Positions 47,757 to 56,643 of a stretch of DNA of 64,000 bases are shown here, one piece after another. The notes beneath the pieces are model-generated. The model did not search any database. It was not told where the DNA came from and saw only the letters and a list, made by a program, of their open reading frames with translations. The DNA lies in the IMG/VR virus record IMGVR_UViG_3300036770_006296, positions 1 to 64,000 of that record. One strand, 5' to 3'. Every line of letters starts with the position of its first letter. Position 1 is the first letter of the stretch. The translations under genes were made by a program, and so were the position numbers.

Positions 47757-49250
47757 ATGTCTAAAAGAATAAAAAATTTCTCAGATTTTGTTAATGAATC
47801 ATACAGTCCTTCAAAATTAGACGAAGGGTTTCTTTCAACTATAAAGGATTATGCAAAAAGATTTTTTGGTTGGACTGGTAAATTTTTAAAGAGTCTAGCA
47901 CAGGGATTAATAGAGCCTATTCCTTATGGTCCTAAGAAAGGACTTCCTACTATTATGCTTTTCTTACCTGAAAATGGGTCTATCTACAAACAGATGACAG
48001 AATTTGAAATGGGTGTTAATCCTATAAAAGAAGCAAGGATACCTTTGGAATATACAGGAGAAGATCAGAGTGTAAGAAACATCTCTGCTGATCAATTAAA
48101 GCAAGATGTAATAAGATTATATAGAAGTAAAGAAAGAGGTGGTAGGGCTAAGCCTATCTTTATTTACGGAGCTCCTGGTATTGGTAAAACAGAAATAGTC
48201 GGACAAGCAGCTGATGAATTGGGTGTTCCGGTAATGAAGCTAGATTTACAATTTATGAATCCGGAGGATTTCTTAGGTATTCCTAGTAGACACGATATAG
48301 AGCCAGTTCAGGTAGAAGGTGGAAAATTGATTAGTTCAGGTAAAGGATTTACAAGATCTAATCCACCAATTTTACTTCCAACTGACAACGGTAATGAAGA
48401 TAGAGGAGGTATAATATTTATGGATGAGATGAACAGAGCTAATAAAGCAGTTCTTAACTCCATTATGCAATTTGTACAAAAAGGAGAAATAGGTCCTTAT
48501 AAATTACCAGATAGATGGGTGATTGTAGCAGCTGGTAACAGACCAGAAGAAGCTGAAGGTGTTGCTGATTTCGACTTTGCATTAGCAGACCGATTCACTA
48601 TTAAAAACTACGTCCCTACAATCGAGGGATATGCTTCTTGGGCTGATAAGAACGAAAAGATCCTTCCAGAGTTAGTTACTTTCTTAACGTTTAACCAAGA
48701 TTACTTCCATAATCTAGATGCCGATAAAAAATCTCTTAACTATCCTACGCCTAGATCTTGGACCGACGGAGCATTAATACTCCACGACGAGATCCAATAT
48801 AAAGGAGTAGATTCTTGGAGAGATATTTCTAGGCAAGATATATTAGACATCTTCTACGATCAAGTTGGTCCCGAAGCAGCTGGTAAATTTGTAGCTTACT
48901 TAGACATTTTAAGAAAAGTTACGGATTCTGATATGGAAGATATGATCAACAATCCTATGTCTGCTAAAATGGTACCAGAGGCACAATCCACAAAGAGCGT
49001 ACTTTATGGACTTATAGAAATGGTGATGAAGAGAGTTAAATCGTATGACACACAGAAATTCTATAACGTTATGGAGTATTTCAATAGATACAACGAGCTG
49101 GAACCGCTAAGCTGGCTATATAAAGATATCTTATCTAAATATCCTCAGTTCAAATTTGGAGGAAGTTCTAACACTCCGGAGGATGAATTAAAACACAAAG
49201 CAGCCTTAATGATTACAAAAGGAGCTAAAGATAAAGGTCTACAAGGATGA
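47757..49250 (+). CDS. MoxR-type AAA+ ATPase, locus 2
   Basis: GAPGIGKT, IIFMDE, AAGNR, ALADRF and PTPRSW; leader IKNFSDFVNES; shares a GPKKG-containing N-domain with the locus 1 ATPase. Confidence 0.85.
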   Translation: MSKRIKNFSDFVNESYSPSKLDEGFLSTIKDYAKRFFGWTGKFLKSLAQGLIEPIPYGPKKGLPTIMLFLPENGSIYKQMTEFEMGVNPIKEARIPLEYTGEDQSVRNISADQLKQDVIRLYRSKERGGRAKPIFIYGAPGIGKTEIVGQAADELGVPVMKLDLQFMNPEDFLGIPSRHDIEPVQVEGGKLISSGKGFTRSNPPILLPTDNGNEDRGGIIFMDEMNRANKAVLNSIMQFVQKGEIGPYKLPDRWVIVAAGNRPEEAEGVADFDFALADRFTIKNYVPTIEGYASWADKNEKILPELVTFLTFNQDYFHNLDADKKSLNYPTPRSWTDGALILHDEIQYKGVDSWRDISRQDILDIFYDQVGPEAAGKFVAYLDILRKVTDSDMEDMINNPMSAKMVPEAQSTKSVLYGLIEMVMKRVKSYDTQKFYNVMEYFNRYNELEPLSWLYKDILSKYPQFKFGGSSNTPEDELKHKAALMITKGAKDKGLQG

Positions 49251-50308
49251 GAAAGCTAAACGAAAACAAATATAAAACCGGAAAAGTAATAACATCTTTC
49301 TCTAATTATGTTAGATTCATAAACGAATCATCCTTATATGATCCGGATGAGGTCAACAAAAAAATAAGAAGGGTTATACTTTGGTTAAATATAAACCAGG
49401 GATTTTATGCTGAGCTTCTTAGCCATGTAAATATATTTGGATCTAGCGATCTTAATCCTAAAACAATGTGTACAAACGGTAGGGATATAATATTCCATCC
49501 TGAATTTGTTATGAGACAATCTGAGCCAGCTTTGAGATTTGTCCTTTGTCATGAAATATTACATTGCATAGGTGATCATATGAATAGGAGAGGAAGCAGA
49601 GATCCTATGGGATGGAACATAGCTTGTGACTATGCAATAAATCCATTACTCAAGGATGAAGCCGGATTCGAATTTCCCGTAGATGAAAACGGTAATAGAG
49701 AAGGATTATATGATTCAAGGTTCGAAGGGATGAGGGCAGAAGACATATATGATGCACTAGAAGAATCAGGAGAACTGAAAAAATTAATAGGAGACTCTAA
49801 AGTACAAAAGACTGTAGAGACTACAGGTAAAGTTGAAGATGAGGATAAAGAATTAGCAGACCCTGACGAAGAAATGGTGATACAAAAAGGGGATGACCCA
49901 GGAGAAGAGGGAGAAGATGGAGAACCAGGAGAAGATGGAGAACCAGGAGAAGATGGAGAGCCAGGAGAAGATGGAGAACCAGGAGATCAGCCAGGAGATC
50001 AGCCAGGAGATCAACCAGGAGATCAACCAGGAGATCAACCAGGAGATCAACCAGGAGACCAGCCAGGAGATCAACCAGGAGATCAACCAGGAGATCAACC
50101 AGGAGATCAACCAGGAGATCAACCAGGAGATCAACCAGGAGATCAACCAGGAGATCAACCAGGAGATCAACCAGGAGATCAACCAGGAGATCAACCGGGT
50201 GGAGATAAAAAGAGTCTTCCAAGAGTTGGCCAGAAGGTAATAACAAAAGACGGAAGGGAAGGAACTATAACTAAGGTTTATCCTAACGGAGATATAGAAA
50301 TTTCTTAA
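49247..50308 (+). CDS. DUF2201-N-like HExxH metallopeptidase (stand-alone N-half) with a repeat linker, locus 2
   Basis: TMCTNG..I.FHPEFV, VLCHEILHC..DH and WNIACDYAINP, then (GEDGEP)4(GDQP)18 and an SH3/KOW-like C-terminus. Confidence 0.8.
   Translation: MRKLNENKYKTGKVITSFSNYVRFINESSLYDPDEVNKKIRRVILWLNINQGFYAELLSHVNIFGSSDLNPKTMCTNGRDIIFHPEFVMRQSEPALRFVLCHEILHCIGDHMNRRGSRDPMGWNIACDYAINPLLKDEAGFEFPVDENGNREGLYDSRFEGMRAEDIYDALEESGELKKLIGDSKVQKTVETTGKVEDEDKELADPDEEMVIQKGDDPGEEGEDGEPGEDGEPGEDGEPGEDGEPGDQPGDQPGDQPGDQPGDQPGDQPGDQPGDQPGDQPGDQPGDQPGDQPGDQPGDQPGDQPGDQPGDQPGDQPGGDKKSLPRVGQKVITKDGREGTITKVYPNGDIEIS
49910..50197 (+). repeat. In-frame tandem repeats: 4 x 18 nt (GEDGEP) then 18 x 12 nt (GDQP)
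   Basis: Units ggagaagatggagaacca (49910-49981) and ggagatcaacca (49982-50197), with only synonymous variation. Confidence 0.95.
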
Positions 50309-50310
50309 TT

Positions 50311-51249
50311 ATGTTTATAAAAAACGGAGATTATTCAGTAGTATCTGACGACAAGAATAAAGAAAATGGAAAACCTGGGGATCAAAGAAAATCTTCTGGA
50401 GGAGAGGCCGAATTTTCAGATACCCCTGAGACAATGACTGACATACCTAAAGTGGGTCAAGAAACTCCTGGTATAAAAACATTCAGAGATTTTGAGGGAC
50501 CACAAGATTCCAAGGAAAAAGCTAAAGAGATAAAACCTAATAAGCCATCTAAAATATTTAAGGGTGATCTTCCAAAAAGAAATTGGCAGGATATAGCTAA
50601 TCAGGCTATGTCTAGAAATAAAGTTAGTGACAAAGCTAAAAGACTAATAAAAGCTTTAAAAACCAGTGAGCCTTTAGTTGATTGGAAGAAAGAGCTTAAA
50701 AAATTCTTTGATAACACTTTTAAATCCGATGAATGGGTTCTTCCTAATAAAAGATTCCTTGCTGGAGGTGACATGATATACGGGAGAAGAAACGTAGGTG
50801 ATGACACTTTAAAAACTATAGTTGCCGCAGTTGATACATCTTCATCTATTTCAAAAGAACAGATAAAGGTATTTATCAACGAAATAATGTATCTCACAAA
50901 AACATTTGATGCTGATAAAACTATAATCATATACTGTAGTGATCATATAGACAATATTGATATAGTTAAAAAGGGAGGATCTCCAGATCTAACAAAGATA
51001 GCTTCAACCGGTGGAAACGCGGAAGGATTTATACCGCCATTTCAGTGGGTAGAAAAAAATAAGATCAAGCCATCCGCATTTATTTATTTAACAGACACAG
51101 GAGGAGAAATGCCAGACCCTAGTAAATATGGTATAAATAAATACAGAAAGAAGGTGCTTTGGTTTATATGTTCTCCTGAAATGTATAATCCACCATCCTT
51201 CGGCAAGATACTTTTTGCCCCTGTGGGATCCATAAAAGTTAAAAGATAG
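50311..51249 (+). CDS. VWA-domain protein (DUF2201 C-half-like), locus 2
   Basis: VDWKKEL, AVDTSSSI, TGGNAEGF and IYLTD. Confidence 0.8.
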   Translation: MFIKNGDYSVVSDDKNKENGKPGDQRKSSGGEAEFSDTPETMTDIPKVGQETPGIKTFRDFEGPQDSKEKAKEIKPNKPSKIFKGDLPKRNWQDIANQAMSRNKVSDKAKRLIKALKTSEPLVDWKKELKKFFDNTFKSDEWVLPNKRFLAGGDMIYGRRNVGDDTLKTIVAAVDTSSSISKEQIKVFINEIMYLTKTFDADKTIIIYCSDHIDNIDIVKKGGSPDLTKIASTGGNAEGFIPPFQWVEKNKIKPSAFIYLTDTGGEMPDPSKYGINKYRKKVLWFICSPEMYNPPSFGKILFAPVGSIKVKR

Positions 51250-51250
51250 T

Positions 51251-52108
51251 ATGAAAAATTTAGTAGGATTTAATCTTTTTGAAAGTTATAGTTTTGATTA
51301 TAACGATGCTTTTTTAAATAAGGACTACGAAAAACATCTGAATATTGCTTTCATGGGAATGGCTAGAGCTAACGAGGATAAAAATTTCTTAAGATGGCTT
51401 CTATATTATTCTTATTTGGATGCTATTTATAGCTTAGGTTTAACGAGGTCTGACTATGAATACATGGGTAAACTTGTAGATAAACCATATCCCGAAGGTT
51501 TTTTAACTAGCTTCGATTTCAAGACAGAGCTAGACTCACTTGGAATGAAGAGTGTGTCTTGGCTTAGTAAGAATTTTTTAGCTGAAAAAATAAAAAGATT
51601 ACCGGCAGAAACCCCAGTGATAGGGATGGAAACAAAAAATATTTTGGCTTCTTCTATACGAGAGTCTATAATAAATGCAACAACCGATATTTTCTTACCT
51701 TCTAACATTAATAACATACAGAAGTTAAAATATCTAGATTATGTAAAAAAATACACAAAGGAATCATACTTTAATTCTTTGCTTGTTGATGATATAGTAG
51801 TTAGTCAAATAGATAAAAATTTTAAATCAGCTTCTGATCTTTATAAGGGAATGGAATTCTCAATTGATTTAGGGAAAAGACTATTTAATTTTCTTAAGAT
51901 ATTTTCTATTCACAATATGGAATATTTTAAGAATATTCCACTCCCTGAGAGGATGGCAAATTATGTAGTTTTATACTTCAAAGAGTCTGAAGATTCGTTT
52001 AAAGCTGCAGATGAACTTAGAAAATCTAATGTAGGGATATATAACAGAATAAAAGATCTTTTACCTAATATAGACACTGCAGCAGATCTAGGAGATCTAG
52101 GATTTTAA
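51251..52108 (+). CDS. Hypothetical helical protein with CTS-like N-terminus
   Basis: Begins MKNLVGFNLFES and ends AADLGDLGF. Confidence 0.5.
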   Translation: MKNLVGFNLFESYSFDYNDAFLNKDYEKHLNIAFMGMARANEDKNFLRWLLYYSYLDAIYSLGLTRSDYEYMGKLVDKPYPEGFLTSFDFKTELDSLGMKSVSWLSKNFLAEKIKRLPAETPVIGMETKNILASSIRESIINATTDIFLPSNINNIQKLKYLDYVKKYTKESYFNSLLVDDIVVSQIDKNFKSASDLYKGMEFSIDLGKRLFNFLKIFSIHNMEYFKNIPLPERMANYVVLYFKESEDSFKAADELRKSNVGIYNRIKDLLPNIDTAADLGDLGF

Positions 52109-52127
52109 AAATAAATAAAACAAAAAG

Positions 52128-52574
52128 ATGACTTTCGACGAATTCAAAGACAAAGGAACAGAATTAGAAATGGACCTAGATATGGTTACAAGAAAAACCA
52201 AATCTTTAGGATCATCATCTGATATTGATGATCATTTCATAAACCTTCTTTTATTCCAAGCACAGCTTAAAATAATGCACTGGGGTACAGAATCATATGC
52301 TCAGCACAACGCATTCGGAGATACTTATGGAAGTATCGATGAAGGCTTAGATGCTTTAGTAGAATCATATCAAGGATATCACGGAAGAATAGATTTCGGG
52401 TGTGGATGTGAGTTTATAAGTTTTAAAAACGTTGAGTGCGACTCTTGGCTTAATTCTATGCTAGAATGTCTAGATAACTTAAGGGGAATGTTAAAAGAAT
52501 CAGATTTACAAAATCTTATTGATGAGCTAATAGCAGCAGTTTCTAAACTTAAATATCTATTAACTCTTAAATAA
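52128..52574 (+). CDS. Ferritin/Dps-like four-helix protein (DUF5856-like)
   Basis: LKIMHWGTESYAQHNAF...YGSIDEGLDALVESYQG...LQNLIDE......KLKYLLTLK. Confidence 0.75.
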   Translation: MTFDEFKDKGTELEMDLDMVTRKTKSLGSSSDIDDHFINLLLFQAQLKIMHWGTESYAQHNAFGDTYGSIDEGLDALVESYQGYHGRIDFGCGCEFISFKNVECDSWLNSMLECLDNLRGMLKESDLQNLIDELIAAVSKLKYLLTLK

Positions 52575-52625
52575 CATTTTTTTCATAGGGGGTATTTTTA
52601 TATCTTTGTTAAAACATTGTACGCT

Positions 52626-53633
52626 ATGAAAATAATGAATTTTAGTCAATTTATAAACGAGAGCTATTCAGAATTCAATGAATTGCCTAAAGCTGTTAAG
52701 GACTTCTTTATTGATGGTGCTAGAAAAAATATCCTCTCGAAGGTTATAGGACTTAGAAATTTTTCTATATCCCTTGAAGGCGATAGAATTTATTTTACTA
52801 TAAATGGCAGAAAGATATTGTTCCCGTTTGTTAATTATATAGACGGAGAAGTCGTACCAAATACTAATAATCTTAAAAACCTTACATTAGTTGAGAACTT
52901 TTATAGGGATTTAGGATTGAACTATTCAACTGGAAAGTATCACCAAGATATAAAGAAAAGAATAGAAATTGAGGAGGGAACTTATACCCCTATCGAGGGT
53001 GTTGACTATAGGATAATGGATAGCGGAGAAAAATGGAATTTTATACGTAGTGTAGACCTAAATCTAGAAGCAATAATCTATATAATGTTCAATTCTTTAA
53101 GAGAAGTGGTAAAGGAGGATATTCCAGTTCTAAACCCCTTCACTGATATAGATTTAAATAATAATCCTTTAATTAAAATATTAGAAAAGCTTGGAGCTTA
53201 TATAGATACAAGCGAAGCTAGAAGGAAAAAAGGAATACTAAGATTTTCTATTAAAGACCTTAACTATGGTTTGATAATTCAGCCTAATGGTTATATCAGA
53301 AGGGACCTTGGAGATAAAACACCTGTTCTTAGCTCCAAGATGGAGATATCAGGTCCCATGTATACTGAGGATGATTTAAATCTGAAGCTTAGCTATTTAA
53401 TAGGATATCTTATGAAGGATTTACTTGTTTACAAGTTCAATGTTCCAGTAAAAGATGCAAACAAACTATGTAAATCTTATGTTTCTGGCGATCTGGATTC
53501 ATATAGTAATTTACTCTCGCAGATAGCATCAACGAATCCTCAGATCTCTGCCATGATGCCAGACCCTAACGCCGTATTAGATCCAGAGGTTAAAAAGGGT
53601 GCGTCTATGTTAAGCCGCTTCGGTTTGTTCTAA
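52626..53633 (+). CDS. Hypothetical protein with CTS-like N-terminus
   Basis: Begins MKIMNFSQFINES (ATG at 52626) and ends KKGASMLSRFGLF; TATCTTTG lies upstream at 52601-52608. Confidence 0.5.
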   Translation: MKIMNFSQFINESYSEFNELPKAVKDFFIDGARKNILSKVIGLRNFSISLEGDRIYFTINGRKILFPFVNYIDGEVVPNTNNLKNLTLVENFYRDLGLNYSTGKYHQDIKKRIEIEEGTYTPIEGVDYRIMDSGEKWNFIRSVDLNLEAIIYIMFNSLREVVKEDIPVLNPFTDIDLNNNPLIKILEKLGAYIDTSEARRKKGILRFSIKDLNYGLIIQPNGYIRRDLGDKTPVLSSKMEISGPMYTEDDLNLKLSYLIGYLMKDLLVYKFNVPVKDANKLCKSYVSGDLDSYSNLLSQIASTNPQISAMMPDPNAVLDPEVKKGASMLSRFGLF

Positions 53634-53635
53634 TT

Positions 53636-53664
53636 GAAACTTAACCAATCAACATCCGTATAAA
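53636..53664 (+). promoter_or_regulatory. GAAAC-N16-CGTATAAA promoter
   Basis: Intergenic; TGAAAC-N16-CGTA matches the ECF-sigma-type arrangement. Confidence 0.6.
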
Positions 53665-53682
53665 AGACATATTTTTTAGATT

Positions 53683-54042
53683 ATGTCATTTCACAAAAGG
53701 TACTATAATTGGGACAAAATAATGGACTACGCTAAAACCCACGATTTTAATGGTTTTGATTTATGGATATCAAAACCAGAGGCTCATATACTTCAGGACA
53801 ATGAATCTAATGATTTCTTCAAAGCATATTTTTGTTATGAAAGCGACGACAGCAGAAACACTCTTTTTGATTGTCTTAAATCAGAGCCTACTGAATTTGT
53901 AAGGGATATTATAAAGTGTATAAATGTCGTAATGGATAAAAGAAATCAAGAAATACACAAAGAGTCTATTGAAATTTATCGAGATCTGTTTATAGTTAAA
54001 TGGGACACATTAGCAGATAAATATAAATCATTAATATTTTAA
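53683..54042 (+). CDS. Hypothetical protein
   Basis: 119-aa ORF behind the GAAAC promoter. Confidence 0.5.
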   Translation: MSFHKRYYNWDKIMDYAKTHDFNGFDLWISKPEAHILQDNESNDFFKAYFCYESDDSRNTLFDCLKSEPTEFVRDIIKCINVVMDKRNQEIHKESIEIYRDLFIVKWDTLADKYKSLIF

Positions 54043-54047
54043 ATAAG

Positions 54048-54305
54048 ATGGAAGAAAAAACACTAAAAGTAGATCTTAGTTCTACACCTTGGATTAAATG
54101 CGAGGGAGGTAATATGTTATGGGAATCATCCATGCTTTTTAAAAGACTGTCCCCACTTATGAGCCCTTCTGGGAAGGAAGAGCTTATGCCCGCCGAGGTA
54201 ATTACTTGTAAGAAATGCGGTAAAGTTCCTAAATTTTTCTTTGATGCTGCTAAGGGTATTCCTGAAGAGCTTAAATCAACATGTCACACCGACATAATAT
54301 CATAA
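54048..54305 (+). CDS. Small zinc-ribbon-like protein
   Basis: WIKCEGG...ITCKKCGKV. Confidence 0.45.
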   Translation: MEEKTLKVDLSSTPWIKCEGGNMLWESSMLFKRLSPLMSPSGKEELMPAEVITCKKCGKVPKFFFDAAKGIPEELKSTCHTDIIS

Positions 54306-54380
54306 AATAAACATTTTTACAGAATCGTTTTTTTCTTGTATCCATTTACTCTACCTTTGGGTAAACTAAAAATAAAAAAA

Positions 54381-54710
54381 ATGGAAAGAAAAGAAATGAA
54401 AGTCATGCTGACTAACTACGCAGCTAAAGCTGGTAAATTTGCCTTAATAGGGGGAATCTTTATTTTAGGATACGTTTGCTCCGATGTTTATCACAGGATA
54501 ATTAAAGCAGAATCACAAAAAACTGAGGAGGCTTCAATCCCTAAGTTAACCAAAAAGATTGATAAGATATCAGTAGCCATAAACGAAAGAAATGAGCTAA
54601 TGATTATCGACCGTACAGATGGTAGCTATGAGATTTACCAGGACTCAATAGGTCGATGTATATTTAATCTTTATGCAAACGGTATCCAAACTAAATACCA
54701 GAATCCATGA
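54381..54710 (+). CDS. Single-TM hypothetical membrane protein
   Basis: FALIGGIFILGYV segment; likely start is the ATG at 54381; TACCTTTG lies upstream at 54352-54359. Confidence 0.5.
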   Translation: MERKEMKVMLTNYAAKAGKFALIGGIFILGYVCSDVYHRIIKAESQKTEEASIPKLTKKIDKISVAINERNELMIIDRTDGSYEIYQDSIGRCIFNLYANGIQTKYQNP

Positions 54711-55237
54711 AAACCTATTCTTTAGTATTAAAGATAGGATTAGTAGGCATTTTAACAGTCCCATTAAGGCTATATTTTGAGTCTAATGAGATAAAAAGGA
54801 TAAATTATAATGTAAACCATGGGAGCGTTATTTTAAACGCTCCTACGGCTGTTAAAATGTTTAATTCTATCGAGGTATACTCCAAAAAATATGATATACC
54901 TTTAAAGTATGCGTTGGGTATTGCCTATGCAGAAACAAGATATCAAGGACCTTTTCATTGGTCTTATAACCCTCAGCAAAAATCTTCCGCAGGAGCATTA
55001 GGTCCTATGCAAATAATGCCAGGCACCGCTAATTATGTATGGGGAAGGCAAATACCGAAGGATCAATTGATTTCTGATATCGATTTTAATGTTGAAACTT
55101 CAATGAAGGTTTTGAGAAGACTACACGACAAGTATGGCAATTGGAAGCTAGTTTTTGGGTGCTATAATACTGGAAGACCTTGCATCAATGGTTATGCTGA
55201 AAAAGTTTATAATTTTAATCCAAAATCTAAAAAATGA
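54707..55237 (+). CDS. Soluble lytic transglycosylase (SLT) domain protein with an N-terminal hydrophobic anchor
   Basis: IAYAETRY (catalytic Glu), SSAGALGPMQIMPGTA and CYNTG. Confidence 0.85.
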   Translation: MKTYSLVLKIGLVGILTVPLRLYFESNEIKRINYNVNHGSVILNAPTAVKMFNSIEVYSKKYDIPLKYALGIAYAETRYQGPFHWSYNPQQKSSAGALGPMQIMPGTANYVWGRQIPKDQLISDIDFNVETSMKVLRRLHDKYGNWKLVFGCYNTGRPCINGYAEKVYNFNPKSKK

Positions 55238-55935
55238 AATATGTATCGATTGATTTAGAAACAACTGGACTTTCGTCGGAGAAGCACCAGATTCTTACGT
55301 TCTCTGGTATATTAGAGGACACAACAAAACTACTGAGCTATGATGATGCTCCTAAATTTAACATCTACGTGCTTAGGGAAGACATAACAGGAAGTCCTTT
55401 TGCTATAAACATGAATTCTGAAATTATAGAGAGAATTTCTAAATACATGAACACTAAAGAGCAATCTGAAAAAATGATACAAAGGAGGATCGTTGATGGC
55501 GTTTTTCTCTATGAGCACGAAATACCTTTTTATCTTTATTTATGGTTCTTAGTTTACCACGAGGGTAAAGAAGAGTTCGAGGAATTATTGGATTCAGAAG
55601 ATTGGGGAAATAGAAAAAACCCGCGTCTCATCAGTAAAACAAATGACATAAAGCAAAGTAACAGCAATCAAAAAATAGGATGTAACGTAGCTGGTAAGAA
55701 CTTTTCTAGCTTTGATAAAAAATTCATTGATAAGATTGAAAAAATTTACGATTTTATCTATTTTAGACAAAGAGTATTGGATCCTAGCGCACTCTATATA
55801 GATTGGGAAACCGATGCAACATCACCGGATCTTAGTACTTGTAAAAAAAGAGCAGGTCTGGATGAATTTGTTTCACATGAATCATTAGATGATGCTTGGG
55901 ACGTGATACAATTATTTAGAAAAAAATATAAATGA
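55234..55935 (+). CDS. DEDDh 3'-5' exonuclease (DnaQ-like)
   Basis: SIDLETTG, AGKNFSSFD and HESLDDA. Confidence 0.8.
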   Translation: MKYVSIDLETTGLSSEKHQILTFSGILEDTTKLLSYDDAPKFNIYVLREDITGSPFAINMNSEIIERISKYMNTKEQSEKMIQRRIVDGVFLYEHEIPFYLYLWFLVYHEGKEEFEELLDSEDWGNRKNPRLISKTNDIKQSNSNQKIGCNVAGKNFSSFDKKFIDKIEKIYDFIYFRQRVLDPSALYIDWETDATSPDLSTCKKRAGLDEFVSHESLDDAWDVIQLFRKKYK

Positions 55936-55965
55936 AATGTTTTATTGAATTATAGAAGTTAAAAG

Positions 55966-56205
55966 ATGAGAATAATAGAAGACTCCCGATTTATTTTAAT
56001 ATTTTTAGCAACAGTGACCCTTATTCTGCTAATGATATCCAAAAGGGGAAAGTGTGAGTACAGAGTAATTCTTAAAGATAAGGAGGTTATTCTGTCAAGG
56101 AGAGTAAATTTTTACGAGAATGGATACGTCGATATAAGAAAATGTGACGGGAATTCTATAATAATCTATGATAGAGAGATAGACACAGTAAAAATAATAA
56201 AATAA
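55966..56205 (+). CDS. Small membrane-anchored hypothetical protein
   Basis: N-terminal TM FILIFLATVTLILLMI. Confidence 0.45.
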   Translation: MRIIEDSRFILIFLATVTLILLMISKRGKCEYRVILKDKEVILSRRVNFYENGYVDIRKCDGNSIIIYDREIDTVKIIK

Positions 56206-56206
56206 C

Positions 56207-56443
56207 ATGCTCAATATAATTGCATACGTAGGATCTTTTTTTATACTCGTCTCCTTCATGCTAAAGGATCAGATAAAACTGAGAATATTGAACTCCATAG
56301 GAGCTTCTATATTTGTTTATTATTCTTTTTCCAAAGGTGATTATCCTGTTATCTTCATTAACACATCTATAGTTTTAATAAATATTGTTTATATACTAAA
56401 AAACACCCGATGGAAAAAAGATATCAAGAATGTAATCCATTAG
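56207..56443 (+). CDS. YgjV-like/PQ-loop-type three-TM membrane protein
   Basis: IIAYVGSFFILVSF...KLRILNSIGASIFVYY.....YPVIFIN..IVLINI. Confidence 0.6.
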   Translation: MLNIIAYVGSFFILVSFMLKDQIKLRILNSIGASIFVYYSFSKGDYPVIFINTSIVLINIVYILKNTRWKKDIKNVIH

Positions 56444-56643
56444 AAAAATTATGGAGAAGGAGACATTATCTAAAAATACCCTTTAGATGGATTGGGTGGA
56501 AACTTTTTTCTAAAGATAAGCAATTAAACGGAAAAACCACATGGAGACTTCTAATAGGGATGGCACAAAGTGATATGCGTTGGTACTATACAGAGGATGA
56601 GCTGGGTGATGTATTTGAGAAGAGGATAAAAAAGAAGAAATGA
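56410..56643 (+). CDS. Hypothetical protein
   Basis: W-rich 77-aa ORF overlapping its neighbours. Confidence 0.45.
   Translation: MEKRYQECNPLEKLWRRRHYLKIPFRWIGWKLFSKDKQLNGKTTWRLLIGMAQSDMRWYYTEDELGDVFEKRIKKKK

Noticed and set aside
49982-50197. Possible CRISPR array
   Set aside because: Head-to-tail 12-nt units with no spacers, inside a coding frame, and no cas genes nearby.
49821-50246. Alternative-frame and antisense ORFs (LLVD-, ISWL- and INQE-repeat products) over the tandem repeat
   Set aside because: They are by-products of a stop-free 12-nt repeat. The repeat's variation is synonymous in the GDQP frame, which continues the peptidase.
50280-50320. Programmed frameshift or readthrough fusing the peptidase and VWA genes (also 21240-21260)
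   Set aside because: Both peptidases end in TAA and the next ORF is in a different frame with its own ATG. The AAATTTC heptamer at 50298-50304 is not phased as a -1 slippery site for the peptidase frame. Ribosome profiling would be needed to exclude it fully.
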